Source of the DNA: Mobula hypostoma | Lineage: Eukaryota | Assembly (NCBI RefSeq): GCF_963921235.1 | Contig: NC_086097.1 | Coordinates: 96,040,001-96,104,000 of the forward strand | Length of the DNA stretch: 64,000 nucleotides | Direction of reading: 5' to 3' | Part shown: positions 51,101-64,000 of the stretch, in pieces | Layout of the letters: each line of letters begins with the position of its first letter | Numbering within the stretch: the first letter of the stretch is position 1 | Translations under genes and position numbers: made by a program | The notes under the pieces: generated by a model | What the model was told of the DNA's origin: nothing | Seen by the model: only the letters and a program-made list of their open reading frames with translations | The model's database searches: none

Positions 51101-51705
51101 ATATAAAGTCGAAGATGTAATGCTGAAACTTTAAAGCATTGGTCAAACCTCATTTGGAACGTTGTGAGCAATTTTGAGCCCCATATATAAGAAAGGATGT
51201 GCTGGCATTGGAAAGGGTCCAGAGGTGGTTGTGAAAATAATCTCGGCAATTAAAGGGTTATTTTATGAGGAGTGTATGAAGCCCTGGGCCTGTTTTTGCT
51301 GGAGTTTAGAAGGCAGTGAGAATCTCATTTAAACCTACTGAATATTGAAAAGCCTAAAATAGTGGCCACGGAGAGGCTGTTTCCATTAGTGGGAGCTTTC
51401 AGGAGCAGAGGGCACAGCCTTGGAATAAGAGGACATCCCTTTAAAACACAGATGAAGAGGAATGTTTTTAGCCAGTGGTGGTGAATTTGTGGGAATTCAT
51501 TGCCACAGTTGGCTTGGAGGCCAAGTCATTGGGTATATTTAAAACAGGGGTAGATATGTCCTTGATTAGTAAGGACATAAGAGATTACAGGAAGAAAGCA
51601 GGAGAATAGTATTGAGGCAACATTAATCAGCCATGATGGAATAGCAGAGCAGACTTAATAGGCCGAGTGGCCTAATTCTGCTCCTATGTCTAATGGTCTT
51701 GTGGT
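48110..51705 (+). mobile_element. CR1 LINE ORF2, degraded, interrupted by a solo LTR
   Basis: EN (IVVGDF), KLPGPDRLHPRV, IYLDFQK..DK, RFADNTK and a CR1 3' UTR. Confidence 0.9.
48319..49300 (-). mobile_element. Solo LTR (982 bp, TG...CA) with 4-bp TSD CATG
   Basis: CATG|TGTCAC...CTCACA|CATG. The CR1 frame (EIAKSC|KKGNVMIVVGDF) resumes across it. AATAAA on the - strand near 48403-48408. Confidence 0.85.
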
Positions 51706-52367
51706 TTAACATCTGAGCTTTTTTATTTTTGGATGCAGAGAATTATATTTAATAGGTTCTCTAAATGACTTATTTTTATCTGTTTTCTGATCTTATTGAT
51801 TTCAGATAAAGAGAGAACTATTGCACAACTAGAATTTTAGAAATCATGATGTACTTCCGCTCTGAGTATTGTATCATGGTAACTCAACTAACTAAATCCA
51901 TAAGATCTCTTGATCAATTAATAAGATCCAACAAAATGTCAAGAAACAGAAATATAAGCTAACAGAAAATGCTTGAATAGACAATGCGTTACATACTATT
52001 AATGGAAAGTAAACCACTGTTTTATGTTCTACTTCACTGCCCATCTTCAGAATTAGAAAGAGTTAAATCACTACTGAATGAATTTAAGGGACAGAGAAGG
52101 TTGGGTGATGGGAGAGGATAGAATGGTGCAGACAAGGGTTAAACTAAAGTCGTAAACTAAACTGAAAGAGTGAAAGTGAGGAATGATGGCCAAAGTCAAA
52201 AAGGAATGGCAATAAGATAAACTAAACAAGAAGTCATTGGGTGAATTTGTTTAAAAATGTGGATTCTAGAAGCACTCAGCAGATCGTGTCACATCAATGG
52301 AAAAGGTTTCGTCTTTTTGTTTGAAATAAATAATTGGTCTTGTTCTGTTCCATTGCTATAGCCCTTG

Positions 52368-52908
52368 GTCAAGTTAAATTGGTTTATTATTGTCACATGT
52401 GCTGAGGTACTTAGATGCCACACTTACAGTTCAGTGCAACAGTGCCTGAAGGGAAAACAATAACAATATAGAATAAAATGTTAGAGTTACAGAGAAAATG
52501 CAGGCAGACAATAAGGTCAGGATCCAATCTTATTTTCTTGGGGGCTACTCAATAATCTTATAACAGAAGGATAGAAGCTATCCTTGAGTCCGGTGGAACA
52601 TGCTTTTTGGCTTTGTATTTCTTCCCAGTGGTAGGAGGAAGGAGAAGGGTGGGTGGATGGATCTTTGTTTATGTTGGTTCGTTTACTGAGGCAGCGAAAA
52701 GTGTAGACAAGGTCCATTGAAGGGAAGCTGGTTTCTGTGATGTGCTGCACTGTGCCAACAACTCTACAGTTTCTTGCAGTCATGGGCAGAGCAGTTTCCA
52801 TACTGAGTAATAATGCATCCTGATAGGATGCTTTCTGTGGGGCATTGATGAAAATTGGTGAGGATCGAAGAGAATATGCCAAATTTCTTTAGTCTCCTGA
52901 GGAACTAG
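52368..52908 (-). mobile_element. Rex1/Babar LINE 3' fragment
   Basis: ORF 52517-52882 ends LKDSFYPSVIRLL; Rex-type tail. Confidence 0.8.
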
Positions 52909-53229
52909 AGACTATAAGACATAGGAGCAGAATTAGGCCCTTTGCCCCTAGAGTTTGCTCCACCATGGCTGATTTATTATCTATCTCAATCCTCATATGG
53001 CAAACAAAAAGACAAACAGGACGCTGGCCCTTATTGGTGGAGTTTGGAATATTGGCATAGGAGGGTAATGCTTACAATATACAGGTATGGTTAAGCTTGG
53101 GTATAGTGTACATTTGTGGTCATCATGTTACGGGAGAAGTATGATTGCAATAGATTCAGAGGAGATTTATAAGTGTGTTGCCAGGACTAGAAATTTTAAA
53201 CTTTGAGTCAAAACTGTATTCCCTGTCCC

Positions 53230-54320
53230 TGACTGCCTCATTTTCACCATGGATATGCAGACCCTATACAGTCTGTTTCCCATCAAGAAGGCCATAAAGC
53301 TCTCCACTTCTTAATAAAAGAACCAGCCAGTTCCCCTCCACCCTTCTCTGTCTGGCAGAACTGGTCCTCGCCCTCAACAATTTCTCCTTCAGATCCTCCC
53401 ACTTTCTCAAGGTGTAGCCATTGGGCCCCAGCTACGCCTGCCTGTTCATTGGCTACATAGAACAGTCCATGTTTCAAGCCTTCCCTAGTAATGCTCTCCA
53501 ATTTTTCCTCCACTACATTGATGACTGCACTGGTGCTGCTTCATGCATCCATGCTGAGCTAGACGATTTCATTAACTTTGCCTTCAACTTCTACCCTGCC
53601 CTTAAATTCACTTGGTCTATTTTTGACACCTCCCTCCCCTTTCTCGATCTCTCTGTCAACATCTCTGGAGACAAACTGTCAACCAGCATCCTTTATAAAC
53701 CTACCAACTCCCACAACTATCTTAACTATACCTCTTCCCACCCTGTATCCTGTAAAAATGCTATTCCCTTTTTCAGTTCCTTCATTTGTGCTGCATCTGT
53801 TCCCAGGATGCAACTTGACTTTCCTTTCCAGGACATCAGAGATGTCCTCCTCCTCCAAATGGGGTTTCCCTTCCTCCCCCATTGATTCTGCCCTCATCCA
53901 CATCTCTTCCTTTTCCCTGATATCCGTGCTCACCCCGTCTCCCACCACCTTAATGATAGAGTTCCACTGGTCCTTGCCTACCACCCCATCAGCCTCTTCA
54001 TCCAACACATCATTCTCTGCAACCTTTGCAATAATCAGTGGGATCCAAATCTTTACCTCCCTCCTACTCTCCGCTTTCCGCAGGGATTGTTCCTCTGTGA
54101 TTCCCTTGTCCATTCATCCCTCCCCACTGATCTCCTTCCTGTTACTTACTCACCTATCTCCTTCAAACTATCCTTCCTCCCCTCCCCCTCGCCATTTTAT
54201 TCTGACATCTTCCACCCTCATCCCATTCTGCCCTGAAGAAGGGTCTCAGCCCGAAATGTTATCTATTTATTCATTTCTATAGATCATGTCTGACCTGTTG
54301 GGCTCCTCCAGCATTTGTGT
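53230..54320 (+). mobile_element. Penelope-like element: RT remnant + 3' region with hammerhead motif (54233-54260)
   Basis: FTMD...LY, MGPSYACLF, HYIDD, LPFLDL, YKPT.SH.YL.Y.S.HP (PLE RT). CTGAAGA AGGGTCTCAGCCC GAAA TG TT. Confidence 0.88.
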
Positions 54321-55143
54321 GCCTTGCACTTATAGTGACTTGTATTATCAAAGTTATGTTCTTACCAATGAAGTACATAAATGCATGGAAGGATGTGACC
54401 CTAATCAATGCAAATGAAATTAGCATAGTTGGGCAAAATGTTCAGTACAGATTTGCTCCTGTCTTTTTTTTTCCCAACTCTCTTAAATCTGAGGTCTGTG
54501 GTACCTAACTTTCCTATCAGTAGAAATTATTTCTCTTTGCTTTCTCAAAATATCTCATTATTTTGAGCACTTTTATTAAATCTCTCTTCAGATTCCTCTT
54601 GAAAGAGAAACATCTCACTACTGTAATTAAATAGTTCACCTTGTTAGTAAATCTTTATTAGCAAGTACACTGTTTGTAAACATCACATGAATAAGACTAC
54701 AGTTTTTGCAGTGTTTTGTGGGCTGCTGACTTATTAGCATTAATTGCATGTATTTTTTTTGTTGTTGTGAGAATCTAGCCTGATAACTCTGAGCAGAGTG
54801 TTAGACATTTCCTGGGTTTTGGTAATGATGCCCTTGATTGGAAAAAATGCATTCTGAGCAAAAAAAAACAACTATTTCCTGACTGGGGAATATTTTGATT
54901 ATTGTAAGTGCATGAACCCATGTTTAACAGTCTTATGCAACTGTTTCATTCCAAGAAACTGGCTGTTGAAAATCATATTAATCTTTAGTGATGTATGGTG
55001 CTAGCTCAGTTAATCAATCCATGAGCCTATCACTGAAACAAAACAGATTACACCCAAGAATGAAATGTTGTTGCTGAAAGCATCATTTTATCAGATTTGG
55101 ATTTGGAATATAATTTTTTTGCCCCTGGAAACATGGATATAGA

Positions 55144-55668
55144 CAGGGGTGCAGCGCTAGCCAGAGCGCACTTGGCACATCTGTAAGAAAAAAGCTGAAA
55201 TAAACAAGCTAATTAATTAGGTGCTGCCCGGCACGTAAATGTCGGCCCAGATCAGAGGTGATTGCTGATTTTACTTGCTCTACATGATGTTCACTCCTCT
55301 TTTCAGGGCGCTGGAGCCTTTAGCTGTTCCATTGTTTGTTTAAACGCCAGCCCAGACAGGCTGAAAAGACAGGGCTGTCAGGATCAAGGTGACATGTTGA
55401 GTCGACACAAACTTCTAATAAAGTATAGGCACTGCCGTGCTTTCTGTAATGACAGTTACGTGCTGGTCCCAGGACAGATCCTCTGACACTTTTCAGAGAG
55501 AGAAACGTCAATCCTTAATGCTGAAGAATTTAAAGTTATTGACCCTCTCCACCTCAGTTCCTCTAATGAAGACTGACTTCTGGGCGGCACCTAATTAATT
55601 AGCTTGTTTATTTCGGCTTTTTTCTTAAAAATGTGTCGAGTGCGCTCCGGCTAGCACTGCACCCCCTG
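55144..55668. mobile_element. hAT-type MITE with about 86-bp TIRs and a perfect 8-bp TSD
   Basis: TSD GATATAGA at 55136-43 and 55669-76. TIRs 55144-55229 / 55582-55668. Confidence 0.9.
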
Positions 55669-55890
55669 GATATAGAAATCTGCTTTCTGGATGTAATTAG
55701 GATTTTAAGGGTAATCCTGTTCCTATGGTTGTTACCGTCTAGCAAGGCTAGTAGAATTTGGGTACTTTTGTATTTATAAGAAAAATGTAACATTTATGAA
55801 TAATTAAAAGTAAACCTTGAAGTCAGATTTAAATGCCCTCTGAAAATGAACGATAACTCCATAGTCACATCTTTGTTTTTTTTTCTTTAG

Positions 55891-56016
<126 letters not shown>

Positions 56017-56304
56017 TAACTTTTTGAAAATTTGTACATTGAAAAAGGCGAATTGTGTGTTTCGAACAGCTTTTCAAATGGAAAATCAAGGTTAACTGTT
56101 TGAAGAGTTTATATATATTAGTCTACAGGGTAAGTAGGAAGGAAGCCAATACAGTACCCTGTGGGGCCCCAGTGCTGCTTATAGCTATGTCTGACACACA
56201 GCTCTGAAGCTGCACTAACTGTTGTCTGCCAGTTGGGTAGTTCATTATCCAGGATACAATGTAGGTACCAACCTAAACTGAATGGAGCTTTTTGTCCCAG
56301 CAAT

Positions 56305-56926
56305 GAGGAGAATGGGCAAAGAAATGGCAGATGGAATGCAGTGTTGGGAAGTGTGTAGTCATGCACTTTGGTAGAAGAAATGAAAGGGTTGACTATTTTC
56401 TAAATGGAGAGAAAATACAAAAGAAAACTGTGGTGCAAAGGGATTTGTGAGTCCTTGGGCAGGATTCCCTACAGTTTAATTTGCAGGTTGAATCTGTGGT
56501 GAGGAAGGCAAATGCAATGTTAGCATTCATTTCAAGAGGACTAGAATATAAAAGCAAGGATGTAATGTTGAGGCCTCACTTGGAGTATTGTGAGCAGGTT
56601 TGGGACCCGTGTCTTAGAAAGGATGTGCTGAAACTAGAGAGAGGTTAAGACCAGAGGACACAGCCTCAGAATAGAGAGGTGTCCTTCTAGAATGTAGATG
56701 AGGAATTTCCTTAGCCAGAGTGGTGAATCTGGAATTATTTGCTAAAGGCAGCTGTGGAGGCCAAGTCTTTATGTGTATTTAAGGCAGAGATTGATAGATT
56801 TTTGATTGGTCAGGGCATGAAGGGATATGGAGAGAAGGCAGGAGAGGAGAATTGGATCAGCCATGATGGAATAGTGGAGCAGACTCTATGGGCCAAATGG
56901 CCTAATTCTGCTCCTATATCTTATGG
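56305..56926 (+). mobile_element. CR1 LINE 3' fragment with internal deletions
   Basis: EWAKKWQME, KANAMLAFISRGLEYKS and the 3' UTR. Confidence 0.85.
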
Positions 56927-58179
56927 AGACTTATTAAATAAAAATAATAAATCAAATTTCCTTTGCCATTATATCCCTGTATTTTGACGAATGCCCAGAA
57001 ATCTCTGGTCTTAGTCTTGTGTTCATACAGAAGCTGCAGTCTTCTGCAGAGCTTGCTGTGTTTGAATTGATCTGTGTTTTGAATTTTAAATGAACATCCT
57101 TTGGAAGTACATCACAGCTAAGCAGTAGTCTGAGTTCATCAAATTAACGTGCAGTTTTTTTCTTCATATGATTTATGATTTACTTGCATCTTGGCCCTTC
57201 TGCAGCAATAATATTTGCCTTGATGTGCTACTATCCTTACAATTTTACAAACTATGTTTAGAAGGCTTTATTATTTTAATGTGTGTTGACTTTTTATGTT
57301 GAGCATGTTCACAATTATAGATGTGGCATCCTGAAGGACACCTTAGATTATATTTTAATTGGTCTAAATACCTGCTTTTCATTACAATGGTTTGAAGACA
57401 CCATTAATTTACAGGACAGTGAAAGATCGTCAGTCTGTTTCTCTTTCCACTGATGCAGAGCACTATTTTAATTTGTAGTTTCCTTGTTTAAATTCAAAAT
57501 CTTAACAGATATATTTTGGTATATACTTTAGAGCAAGATTTTTTTTGGGTTATTAACAGTAAGTTTTAAGTTGTGTTGTAAGCATGCTTTTCTAATCAAT
57601 TGAACTAGTAGAATCATATTCTTCCCATAATGCTAATATTTTAAACAGTTGCAGCAAGAAACTTGTGTAATATTTAATCCTCTTTATATTGCACATGCAG
57701 TATTTTGATCTTAATTTTCCAAAAATATTACTGGTACATCTAGCATGTATAAAGTGGAGATTTGCTATATCCCCTGCTAATACTTTTTAACATTGTGGAG
57801 ATAAGTTGCACAAAGTTGCAAAAAAATGACCAAGTGGAACAGTTTTCTTATGAATGTGAAAGCGCTGAATTCTTTGAAACTTTAGAGGTAAAAGTCATAA
57901 CTATATGTGGTGATGTAACTGCTTCCTGATGTTTGTGATGTGGGGGAAGCAAGAAGACAAAGAAAACTAGGGCAAAATATGATGACCCCCCCCCCCCGTC
58001 CCAATTTATTTTTCCAATTGAAAGTGTACTTAGAGAGTGGAGTTTTAAGTAAATCTAGATCTGCTTCCAGGTTTTTCTACTAATTCTAATCAAATTTGAG
58101 GCAGTTTGCTTTTGCAATAATTACATACTGTAATTTTCCATTTTTGTCACATTTGGATTACCCATTGTCACAGATCCTG

Positions 58180-58365
58180 CAGCAAAAATGGAAAATGCTG
58201 GTAGGTTTGGCAGCATGTGAGTAAGGGGAAATGGAGTTAGTAATTCAGGTCAAAGATTCTTTCAGTTCTGATCTGAAATGTTAACTCTGGTTCTTTCCAC
58301 AGATGCTGGCTAACTTGTTGAATATTTACAGCATTTACTGATTTTATTTCAAATCTCTGACATCT
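58180..58365. mobile_element. Old short palindromic Penelope-derived element
   Basis: Opposed PLE tails, as at 9907-10112, with a deleted hammerhead (cagttctg..atctgaaatgttaact). Confidence 0.5.
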
Positions 58366-59479
58366 ATTTTTTATTTCAATTTGCTTGCCTTCAACATAGA
58401 GAATTTGTAGCTTTGTTATCCAAATAGGGCTTTCCAATAAACCCACTTGCCTATTTTTGTTTTACTTTTCATGTGATCTGCTGTCCAGTTTTACCTTCTA
58501 CTCTGTCCCATTAGGCTTTTCCCATTTTATGACATTGCTAACAAAGCCTTTGCTTATTCCCCTGCACTAAACTGCTCTTGCGATGTGACAGTGAGCCTCC
58601 ACTTTCAGCACTTTGTAAATATGGTCATTGCTTGGCGGCTGTGTGATGTGAATATTACTTGCGCTTTATCAATCTGTCTGAATGTTGACTGGGTCTTGCT
58701 GAATGTTTCATTTCCCGAGGAATTGCAAATGGAATTAAATCTTGTGCAGTTGTTTATGTTTATTTCACATTTGTGATCTTTGGAAGAATCTGTCAAAAAT
58801 AATTAGAATTTAGCTACTGATTTGATGGTTGTGTTTGAAGTTTTTTTTAGTAGTTTTGCATGCAGAGCACAAATAAAGTATGCAGTTGGATTAAAGCAAA
58901 TGGACATTTTTTCAAAGTTCATCCACTCAACCCATAAACTTCAATGCCCTCTTTTTTTTAAATCTGTTGCTTATCATTTGTTGCCTCTGCTGAACTGGTA
59001 AAAATAATCTAGCAGTTCTGATTCTCTAAGTTAATTAAGACTTGTTTGAATCTACACTTGGTTTGCTTGTTTTAATTCACTAGATAATATCCTGCTTTAA
59101 TATCTGTAATAGTTATAAATCAATGCTTCAACTTAAGATTAACAACCTCCTCTCTACCAGTCTGTGGTTGCATGAAAATTTGATCATGCTGGACAGTCCC
59201 AGTTATACCTCTATTTCTTTCCAAGTTTATGCATTTATCTAGTTTCCTCCGAGGTTTATAATCAGTTGTTTGAGTTAAATGCTGTCAGAAATTAAAATAC
59301 TTGTTTTGATAACGAATATAACATGAGAACTAGAATTATTTACTGTCACTTACATCCACAATTTTTGCAAAAATTCACTATTGTTAGATTTTGTTCAGAA
59401 CAGTTAATCAAGCTTTTCTCCCTTTTTCAAGCTATTTAAGTATTACCACTCTCTAGGGCCTGTGTTCTGATACCTGAAG

Positions 59480-60596
59480 AAACATAGAAACATAGAAAAT
59501 AGGTGCAGGAGTAGGCCATTCGGCCCTTCGAGCCTGCACCGCCATTTATTATGATCATGGCTGATCATCCAACTCAGAACCCAGCCTTCCCTCCATACCC
59601 CCTGACCCCTGTAGCCACAAGGGCCATATCTAACTCCCTCTTAAACATAGCCAATGAACTGGCCTCAACAGTTTGCTGTGGCAGAGAATTCCACAGATTC
59701 ACCACTCTCTGTGTGAAGAAGCTTTTCCTAATCTCGGTCCTAAAAGGCTTCCCCTCTATCCTCAAACTGTGACCCCTCGTTCTGGACCTCCCCAACATCG
59801 GGAACAATCTTCCCACATCTAGCCTGTCCAATCCCTTTAGGATCTTATACGTTTCAATCAGATCCCCCCTCAATCTTCTAAATTCCAACGAGTACAAGCC
59901 CAGTTCATCCAGTCTTTCTTCATATGAAAGACCTGCCATCCCAGGAATCAATCTGGTGAACCTTCTTTGTACTCCCTCTATGGCAAGGATGTCTTTCCTC
60001 AGATTAGGGGACCAAAACTGCACACAATACTCCAGGTGTGGTCTCACCAAGGCCTTGTACAACTGCAGTAGTACCTCCCTGCTCCTGTACTCGAATCCTC
60101 TCGCTATAAATGCCAGCATACCGTTCGCCTTTTTCACCGCCTGCTGTACCTGCATGCCCACTTTCAATGACTGGTGTATAATGACACCCAGGTCTCGTTG
60201 CACCTCCCCTTTTCCTAATCGGCCACCATTCAGATAATAATCTGTTTTCCTATTTTTGCCACCAAAGTGGATAACTTCACATTTATCCACATTAAATTGC
60301 ATCTGCCATGAGTTTGCCCACTCACCCAACCTATCCAAGTCACCCTGCATCCTCTTAGCATCCTCCTCACTGCTAACACTGCCACCCAGCTTCGTGTCAT
60401 CCGCAAACTTGGAGATGCTGCATTTAATTCCCTCATCCAAGTCATTAATATATATTGTAAACAACTGGGGTCCCAGCACTGAGCCTTGCGGTACCCCACT
60501 AGTCACCGCCTGCCATTCTGAAAAGGTCCCGTTTATTCCCACTCTTTGCTTCCTGTCTGCTAACCAATTCTCCACCCACACCAATACCTTACCCCC
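59480..60596 (-). mobile_element. Young CR1 LINE, 5'-truncated, uninterrupted 336-aa RT C-terminus
   Basis: ORF 59574-60584 (SGVPQGSVLGP, SKFADDTK); tandem TTTCTATG tail. Confidence 0.96.
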
Positions 60597-60689
60597 AAGA
60601 ACTATGAGGATAACTGCTGCAGTTAAGAAATGTTAACAAATATTTAAAGAAATGTGATGAATTTGATAACAATCCATTAAAATGCATCC

Positions 60690-61220
60690 TGGAAACTTGT
60701 AAATTCTTTTGGCATTATCCCATTGTGGAATAGTTTCTACTTTTGGGTCCCAGCCTTGATATTTAAACTCTGATTGTCTTATGAATAAATAAACCAAAAT
60801 ACCTTTGCACTGTCTCCCACATGTACATCAACATATAGACTGTACCCCTTACCTAAAAACATAATTTTTTGGGGGAGTGTCAATAAGTGGAGATAAAAAT
60901 CCAGATCAATCTTTGAGCAAAATCTGGCCCATTTACTCCAAGGATTCATTCTTTGTAATCCTTGAAGAACCTAATTTTTCATCAGAGGGTAGTTAAAAAT
61001 AGATAAAGTTGAAACAGGCTCTTCCATTTTGTTTACAACTATCATCAAATAGTGCTGTCTTTGCTTATGTTAAATGCAGAATCCTTTCTCTTAATAAATC
61101 AAATGACTTTCCTCTTTACCCTTTCCCGAGTTTCAAAACGAAATAAATCATGAGTGGATCAACAAAAAGTCATCGTGAAACCAAGTCAAAATTATAAACA
61201 AATGTATAACAGTATTTTCA
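60690..61220 (-). mobile_element. Probable ancient piggyBac (PGBD4-like) transposase remnant
   Basis: Collinear degraded peptides across frames: DPL..., FDLL..ILH, NESL, SKWARFCSKI (cf. SKRARFGIK), LGKGYSLYVD (cf. LGKGYHLYVDN). Confidence 0.5.
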
Positions 61221-61235
61221 TCTTAAAAGTAATTA

Positions 61236-64000
61236 TAATCAATGGAAAGGTGCAAAAATAACAGGGTTGTTATCATGGGTAACTTTAACTTCCCTAATAT
61301 TGATTGGCACCTGATTAGTTCCAAGGGTTTAGGTGGGGCAGAGTTTGTTAAGTGTGGCCAGGATGGATTCCTGTCACAGTATGTTGACAGGTCGACTAGG
61401 GGTAATGCCATACTACATCTAGTACTAGGTAACGAACCGGGTCAGGTCACAGATCTCTCAGTGGGTGAGCATCTGGGGGACAGTGACCACTGCTCCTTGG
61501 CCTTTAACATTATCATGGAAAAGGATAGAATCAGAGAGGACAGGAAAATTTTTAATTAGGGAAGGGCAAATTATGAGGCTTATAAGGCTAGAACTTGCAG
61601 GTGTGAATTGGGATGATGTTTTTGCAGGGAATGTACTATGGGCGTGTGGTCGATGTTTAGAGATCTCTTGCAGGATGTTAGGGATAAATTTGTCCCGGTG
61701 AGGAAGATAAAGAATGGTAGGGTGAAGGAACCATGGGTGACAAGTGAGGTGGAAAATCTAGTCAGGTGGAAGAAGGCAGCATACATGAGGTTTAGGAAGC
61801 AAGGGTCAGATGGGTCTATTGAGGAATATAGGGAAGCAGGAAAGGAGCTTAAGAAGGGGGCATGAGAATGCCTTGGCAAGTAGAGTAAAGGAAAACCCCA
61901 AGGCAATCTTCAATTATGTGAAGAACAAAAGGGTGATAGGAGTGAAGGGAGGACCGATTAGAGATAAAGGTGGGAAGATGTGCCTGGAGGCTGTGGAAGT
62001 GAGCGAGGTCCTCGATGAATACTTCTCTTCGGTATTCACCAATGAGAGGGAACTTGATGACGGTGAGGACAATATGAGTGAGGTTGATGTTCTGGAGCAT
62101 GTTGATATTAAGGGAGAGGAGGTGTTGGAGTTGTTACTTGTTACATACACCTGTTAGGGTGCATTCTCCAGTTACCTTATAAGGTAACCGTAGCCTTCAG
62201 CCAGGAGCAGATGTCATCAGGTGGTTCCCAACCTTCACTGAGTGTTTCGACCCTTAACCACGACACTCTCCAGTTGGTGGGCTGGCAGTGGTGGCCAAAT
62301 CACTGCCCATCTGCTCCTGGCTTCCAGCTCCCCTCCTCTCGCCTACTCCAAATCCAACAAGAAGCTCGTTCTGCCTCTTCCCCCATCCTACGAGCTGCTT
62401 GTTTTTTGCTCCTTTCGTCCAGGCCCAGATCTGACAATAACCGCCATGCTGGTTTGGCTGGGAAACCTCCGCAGCTGATCTCCACAGGGAACAACCATGC
62501 CTGCAATAAGACGATAAGTCCCGGGGCCTGACGGAATATTCCCCAGGCTGCTCCACGAGGCAAGGGAAGCGATTGCTGAGCTTTCTGGCTAGGATCTTTA
62601 TGTCCTCGTCATCCATGGGAATGGTACCGGAGGATTGGAGGGAGGCGAATGTTGCCCCCTTGTTCAAAAAAGTTAGTAGGGATAGTCCGGGTAATTATAG
62701 ACCAGTGAGCCTCATCTGTGGTGGGAAAGCTGTTGGAAAATATTCTTAGAGATAGGATCTCTGGGCATTTAGAGAATCATGGTCTGATCAGGGACAGTCA
62801 GCATGGCTTTGTGAAGAGCAGATCATGTCTAACAAGCCTGATAGAGTTCTTTGAGGAGGTGACCAGGCATATAGATGAGGGTAGTGCAGTGGATGTGATC
62901 TATATGGATTTTAGTAAGGCATTTGAGAAGATTCCACATGGTAGGCTTATTCAGAAAGTCAGAAGGCATGGGATCCAGGGAAGTTTGGCCAGGTGGATTC
63001 AGAATTGGCTTGCCTGCAGAAGGCAGAGGGTTATGGTGGAAGGAGTACATTCAGATTGGAGGGTTGTGACTAGTGGTGTCCCACAAGGATCTGTTCTGGA
63101 ACCTCTACTTTTCGTGATTTATATTAATGACCCGGATGTGGGGGTAGAAGGGTGGGTTGGCAAGTTTGCAGACGACACAAAGGTTGGAGGTGTTGTAGAT
63201 AATGTAGAGGATTGTCGAAGATTGCAGAGAGACATTGATAGGTTGCAGAAGTGGGCTGAGAAGTGGCAGATGGAGTTCAACCGGGAGAAGTATGAGGTGG
63301 TACACTTTGGAAGGACAAACTCCAAGGCAGAGTACAAAGTAAATGGCAGGATACTTGGTAGTGTGGAGGAGCAGAGGGATCTGGGGGTACATGTCCACAG
63401 ATCCCTGAAAGTTGCCTCACAGGTAGATAGGGTAGTTAAGAATGCTTATGGGGTGTTGGCTTTCATAAGTCGAGGGACAGAGTTTAAGAGTCGCAATGCA
63501 GCTCTGTAAAACTCTGGTTAGGCCACACTTGGAGTACTGTGTCCAGTTCTGGTCGCCTCACTATAGGAAAGGATGTGGAAGCATTGGAAAGGGTACAGAG
63601 GAGATTTACCAGGATGCTGCCTGGTTTAGAGAGTATGCATTACGATCAGAGATTAAGGGAGCTAGGGCTTTACTCTTTAGAGAGAAGAAGGATGAGAGGA
63701 GACATGATAGAGGTGTACAAGATATTAAGAGGAATAGATAGAGTGGACAGCCAGCGCCTCTTCCCCAGGGCACTGCTGCTCAATACAAGAGGACATGGCT
63801 TTAAGGTAAGGGGTGGGAAGTTCAAGGGGGATATTAGAGGAAGAATTTTTACTCAGAGAGTGGTTGGTGCGTGGAATGCACTGCCTGAGTCAGTGGTGGA
63901 GGCAGATACACTCGTGAAGTTTAAGAGACTACTAGACAGGTATATGGAGGAATTTAAGATGGGGGGGTATATGGGAGGCAGGGTTTGAGGGTCAGCACAA
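61236..64000 (+). mobile_element. CR1 LINE ORF2 (EN end + RT), running to the window end, with an internal foreign insert
   Basis: ORFs 61242-61559, 61638-61865, 61810-62157, 62718-63509 and 63539-63988. Confidence 0.95.

Noticed and set aside
53578..54282. 234-aa Ser/Pro-rich ORF
   Set aside because: Alternative frame of the pyrimidine-rich Penelope-like element.
58585..58796. Overlapping 63-aa ORFs as a further RAD51 exon or nested gene
   Set aside because: The next RAD51 exon should read GIETGSITE..GEFRTGKT; I did not find this in 56009-64000, and these ORFs have no recognisable homology.

Overview
Eukaryotic (vertebrate) genomic DNA. The repeat landscape (CR1, Rex1/Babar, Penelope-like and shark-type SINEs) suggests a cartilaginous fish, probably a ray or skate; this is an inference. 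Two spliced host genes lie on the + strand in the same order as in human. The first is the last seven coding exons of KNL1/CASC5 (304-13660; coiled coil plus C-terminal RWD domains). The second is the 5' part of RAD51: CpG-island promoter and probable non-coding exon 1 near 24.6-25.0 kb, then coding exons 34686-34766, 46710-46847 and 55891-56008, continuing beyond the window. All exon phases join in frame. None of these exons is correctly represented in the ORF track. Introns and the intergenic space are full of transposons: a full-length L1-clade LINE with TSD, many CR1 and Rex1 copies, a hAT with transposase, hAT and Tigger/MER2-like MITEs, an internally deleted Helitron, a solo LTR, a probable ancient piggyBac, and Penelope-like elements. 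The most distinctive signal is the Penelope-like family, which carries minimal hammerhead-ribozyme motifs and repeatedly forms head-to-head (palindromic) insertions. One is a 1.2-kb inverted structure with a 16-bp TSD; another is a hairpin that folds back exactly inside the ribozyme motif. Family assignments and homologies are from memory of motifs, not from database searches. Boundaries of degraded repeats are approximate.
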